Positions 5,334 to 6,845 of a DNA stretch of 6,845 bases are shown piece by piece. This DNA is from a virus. Numbering within the stretch: position 1 is the first letter of the stretch; every line of letters begins with the position of its first letter. The DNA lies in IMG/VR virus record IMGVR_UViG_3300028829_005090, positions 1-6,845 of that record; one strand, 5' to 3'. The notes beneath the pieces are model-generated. The model was not told the DNA's origin. It made no database searches and saw nothing but the letters and a program-made list of their open reading frames with translations. The translations under genes were made by a program, and so were the position numbers.

Positions 5334-5474
5334 ATGGATGCAATTTTAGCAGGTGTGGATATTGGTGCGGTTGCCGCTTGGGTTGGAACAATCGGTCTTG
5401 CAATCGTTGGTATTGCTATGGCTTTTCGTGCAATCTTTTTATCAAAATCCGCTGTTCGTATGGTCGGTAAATAA
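5334..5474 (+). CDS. Major coat protein (pVIII-like), 46 aa, no obvious cleavable leader
   Basis: My own translation is MDAILAGVDIGAVAAWVGTIGLAIVGIAMAFRAIFLSKSAVRMVGK. It has an acidic N-terminus (D2, D9), a hydrophobic Gly/Ala-rich core and a basic C-terminus (R32, K38, R42, K46). This is the canonical inovirus coat layout, and the size is close to the leaderless Pf3 coat (44 aa). SD AGGAAA is at 5320-5325, and a strong terminator follows. Confidence 0.8.
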   Translation: MDAILAGVDIGAVAAWVGTIGLAIVGIAMAFRAIFLSKSAVRMVGK

Positions 5475-5491
5475 TCCAAACGTTCAGTTTT

Positions 5492-5528
5492 AAAGGGGCT
5501 TTTTAGCTCCTTTTTTTTCTTTTTTTTT
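5492..5528 (+). terminator. Rho-independent terminator after the major coat gene
   Basis: The stem is AAAGGGGCT (5492-5500) paired with AGCTCCTTT (5505-5513), with one G-U pair. The loop is TTTT, and a T-run follows (T8-C-T9 spans 5511-5528). Confidence 0.8.
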
Positions 5529-5539
5529 GGGGGTTTATT

Positions 5540-5641
5540 ATGGTTACTGGTCTAGTTAGTGCTTTTTGCTATACGTGCTTTGTAATGCTTGGCGCTTTGA
5601 TGGGCGATGTTCTTGTTAAAGGGATACATAAACATGCTTAA
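5540..5641 (+). CDS. 33-aa hydrophobic protein, pVII/pIX-like minor coat candidate
   Basis: My own translation is MVTGLVSAFCYTCFVMLGALMGDVLVKGIHKHA. SD GGGGG (5529-5533) lies 6 nt before the ATG. Its stop overlaps the pIII-like start (ATGCTTAA, 5634-5641). The size matches Ff pVII (33 aa) and pIX (32 aa). Confidence 0.5.
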   Translation: MVTGLVSAFCYTCFVMLGALMGDVLVKGIHKHA

Positions 5642-6845
5642 ATTTATTTTTCTTTTTATACCTGCTTTTTTCATTTTTTCCACTTCCTCCTTTGCCGATG
5701 AAATTCCTGCAACTTTAAATCATTTTCCTACTGGTACATGTAAACCTTATCAAAACTTAGGTGACTTTTCTTATAATGTCACTTTTGAAGCTTGTTTTTC
5801 TGAAAAATCCGCTCTTGCCGCCCAAAGAGGTCGCAATGTTGTCCCTGTTTATCCTACATTGGAATCTGACGGCACTTATTCAAATGGTGGCGGTTATTAT
5901 TATAATGACGGCTTAAAATTTACCGCTTTTAGTTTTACAACTACTAATGTCGTTAGCTCTTATTCTTGTGATGACCCTGCTTATCCTGAGATGTCTCAAG
6001 ATGGAAAAAGCTGCTTAAATAGTTTCGGTGGCGCTTCTTCTGAGCTTGACCAATTTATAGAGAATAAAGCTGATTTAGAGATTGCCTTTGATGCTTTAGA
6101 TACAAATGTCATTGATCCTAACTTAGAAGCTATGTCTAATATTAATAATTCTATTGACGAACAACTCGATGCTACAGCCCAAGCAATGGCAAACGTTGAT
6201 AATATTACTCAAATTAATGATAATGTTAAAACTTTGTCTGATTTATCCCCTGATAATTCTTCTTTGCAATCTCTTTCTAATATTGCCAATTCTATTGATA
6301 TTGAGAGCCAAGCACTTCTATCAGATTCTTTTGAAAATGTCACAGGAATGATTAATCAACGTTCAGATGCTACAGCTATTTTTAATTCTTCTAATCAATT
6401 TGCCGGATTTGCTCAAGATGGAATCGAATATTATTATGGACTTGGAGAGCAACTTTATACAGCAACTAGCCAGTCTCAAGTAGATAGCATTTCCGATAGT
6501 ATGGCTCAAGCTATGAGCGAAATTAATTCTAATATTGAACAATCCTATACAACTTCATCTGAAATAAATAACTCGATTAATATTATTAATTCTTTAGCTA
6601 CTGAAAATAATAACAACATTGCACAAATTTCTAATAACAATCAAACAGCTTTAAATATTAATAGTGAATCCTCCAATGCTTCTTCGAACGGTGAGACTTG
6701 TATTGCTGGCGAATGTGTTTCAACTCCTGCACCAGAAGAAAGTAACGAAAATTCAACCGTTAGAATAAAGACTCCTACCGTAACCGAGGGCTTTTATACT
6801 TCCCTTTATCCAGACGGTTTTGACGGTCTTTTGAATAGTTCAATC
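5634..6845 (+). CDS. pIII-like minor coat/adsorption protein, N-terminal 404 codons; runs off the window end and continues at 1-363 (476 aa in total on the circle)
   Basis: Hand translation found no stop from 5634 to 6845. The signal peptide is MLKFIFLFIPAFFIFSTSSFA, followed by DE. A 4-Cys N-terminal domain is followed by a long Asn/Ser/Asp/Ile-rich central region. The C-terminal anchor is encoded at 1-363. The ORF is missing from the track because it has no stop inside the window. Confidence 0.8.
   Translation, partial: MLKFIFLFIPAFFIFSTSSFADEIPATLNHFPTGTCKPYQNLGDFSYNVTFEACFSEKSALAAQRGRNVVPVYPTLESDGTYSNGGGYYYNDGLKFTAFSFTTTNVVSSYSCDDPAYPEMSQDGKSCLNSFGGASSELDQFIENKADLEIAFDALDTNVIDPNLEAMSNINNSIDEQLDATAQAMANVDNITQINDNVKTLSDLSPDNSSLQSLSNIANSIDIESQALLSDSFENVTGMINQRSDATAIFNSSNQFAGFAQDGIEYYYGLGEQLYTATSQSQVDSISDSMAQAMSEINSNIEQSYTTSSEINNSINIINSLATENNNNIAQISNNNQTALNINSESSNASSNGETCIAGECVSTPAPEESNENSTVRIKTPTVTEGFYTSLYPDGFDGLLNSSI
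6702..6845. repeat. Terminal redundancy, copy B (identical to 1-144)
   Basis: Direct comparison shows 144/144 identity. Confidence 0.97.

Larger units (their letters stand above)
1..6701 (+). mobile_element. One full unit of a circular filamentous-phage (Inoviridae-like) genome; the window is circularly permuted with a 144-nt overlap
   Basis: 1-144 equals 6702-6845 exactly. An ORF from 5634 runs through the junction to the stop at 361-363. The gene set is Rep, small ssDNA-binding-sized ORF, 46-aa coat, pIII-like, pVI-like and Zot/pI. All but one gene lie on one strand, and starts and stops are tightly packed. Confidence 0.85.

Noticed and set aside
6154-6351. Track ORF of 65 aa nested in the pIII-like gene
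   Set aside because: It is an off-frame ORF inside the long adsorption gene, with Leu/Ile-rich junk composition.
6702-6845. The 144-bp end repeats as prophage att sites or LTR-like repeats
   Set aside because: The repeat lies in the middle of an ORF that is seamless across the junction. No non-phage flanking sequence is present, so a circular assembly overlap is the simpler explanation.

Overview
The window is a whole small replicon, not a chromosomal fragment. Bases 1-144 are identical to 6702-6845, so the unit length is 6701 bp. One long ORF starts at 5634, reads through that junction without a stop, and ends at 361-363. This fits a circular molecule that was linearised inside a gene. Gene content and order match a filamentous ssDNA phage (Inoviridae-like). 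In order: a pC194/pUB110-type HUH rolling-circle Rep (3093-4448); the only minus-strand gene, a small charged putative regulator (4436-4687); a pV-sized putative ssDNA-binding protein (4784-5083); an 80-aa membrane protein (5087-5329); a 46-aa major-coat-like protein (5334-5474); a rho-independent terminator (5492-5528); a 33-aa hydrophobic protein (5540-5641); a 476-aa adsorption protein with a signal peptide, pIII-like (5634-6845 plus 1-363); a pVI-like protein (367-681); and a Zot/pI P-loop assembly ATPase (690-1877). Downstream of the Zot-like gene lies a 900-bp two-gene cassette: a 53-aa helical protein and a 197-aa HTH protein carrying nine 9-bp tandem repeats, (EPI)n. The cassette is bracketed by a split direct repeat. 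This is the slot where CTXphi carries ctxAB. Other non-coding structure includes a GC-rich 38-nt hairpin inside the 5' end of rep. There are also three TGTGTC boxes at exact 10-bp phasing plus a palindrome next to the minus-strand gene. Upstream of rep sit TTTTAATC x3 iteron-like repeats and a 20-bp AT palindrome. After the Zot-like gene there is a 12-bp-stem hairpin that contains a promoter-like TTGTAC-16-TATAAT. I see no secretin (pIV), integrase, tRNA, rRNA or CRISPR. The sequence is AT-rich, with a T-rich coding strand and the standard genetic code. The host cannot be determined from the sequence alone.
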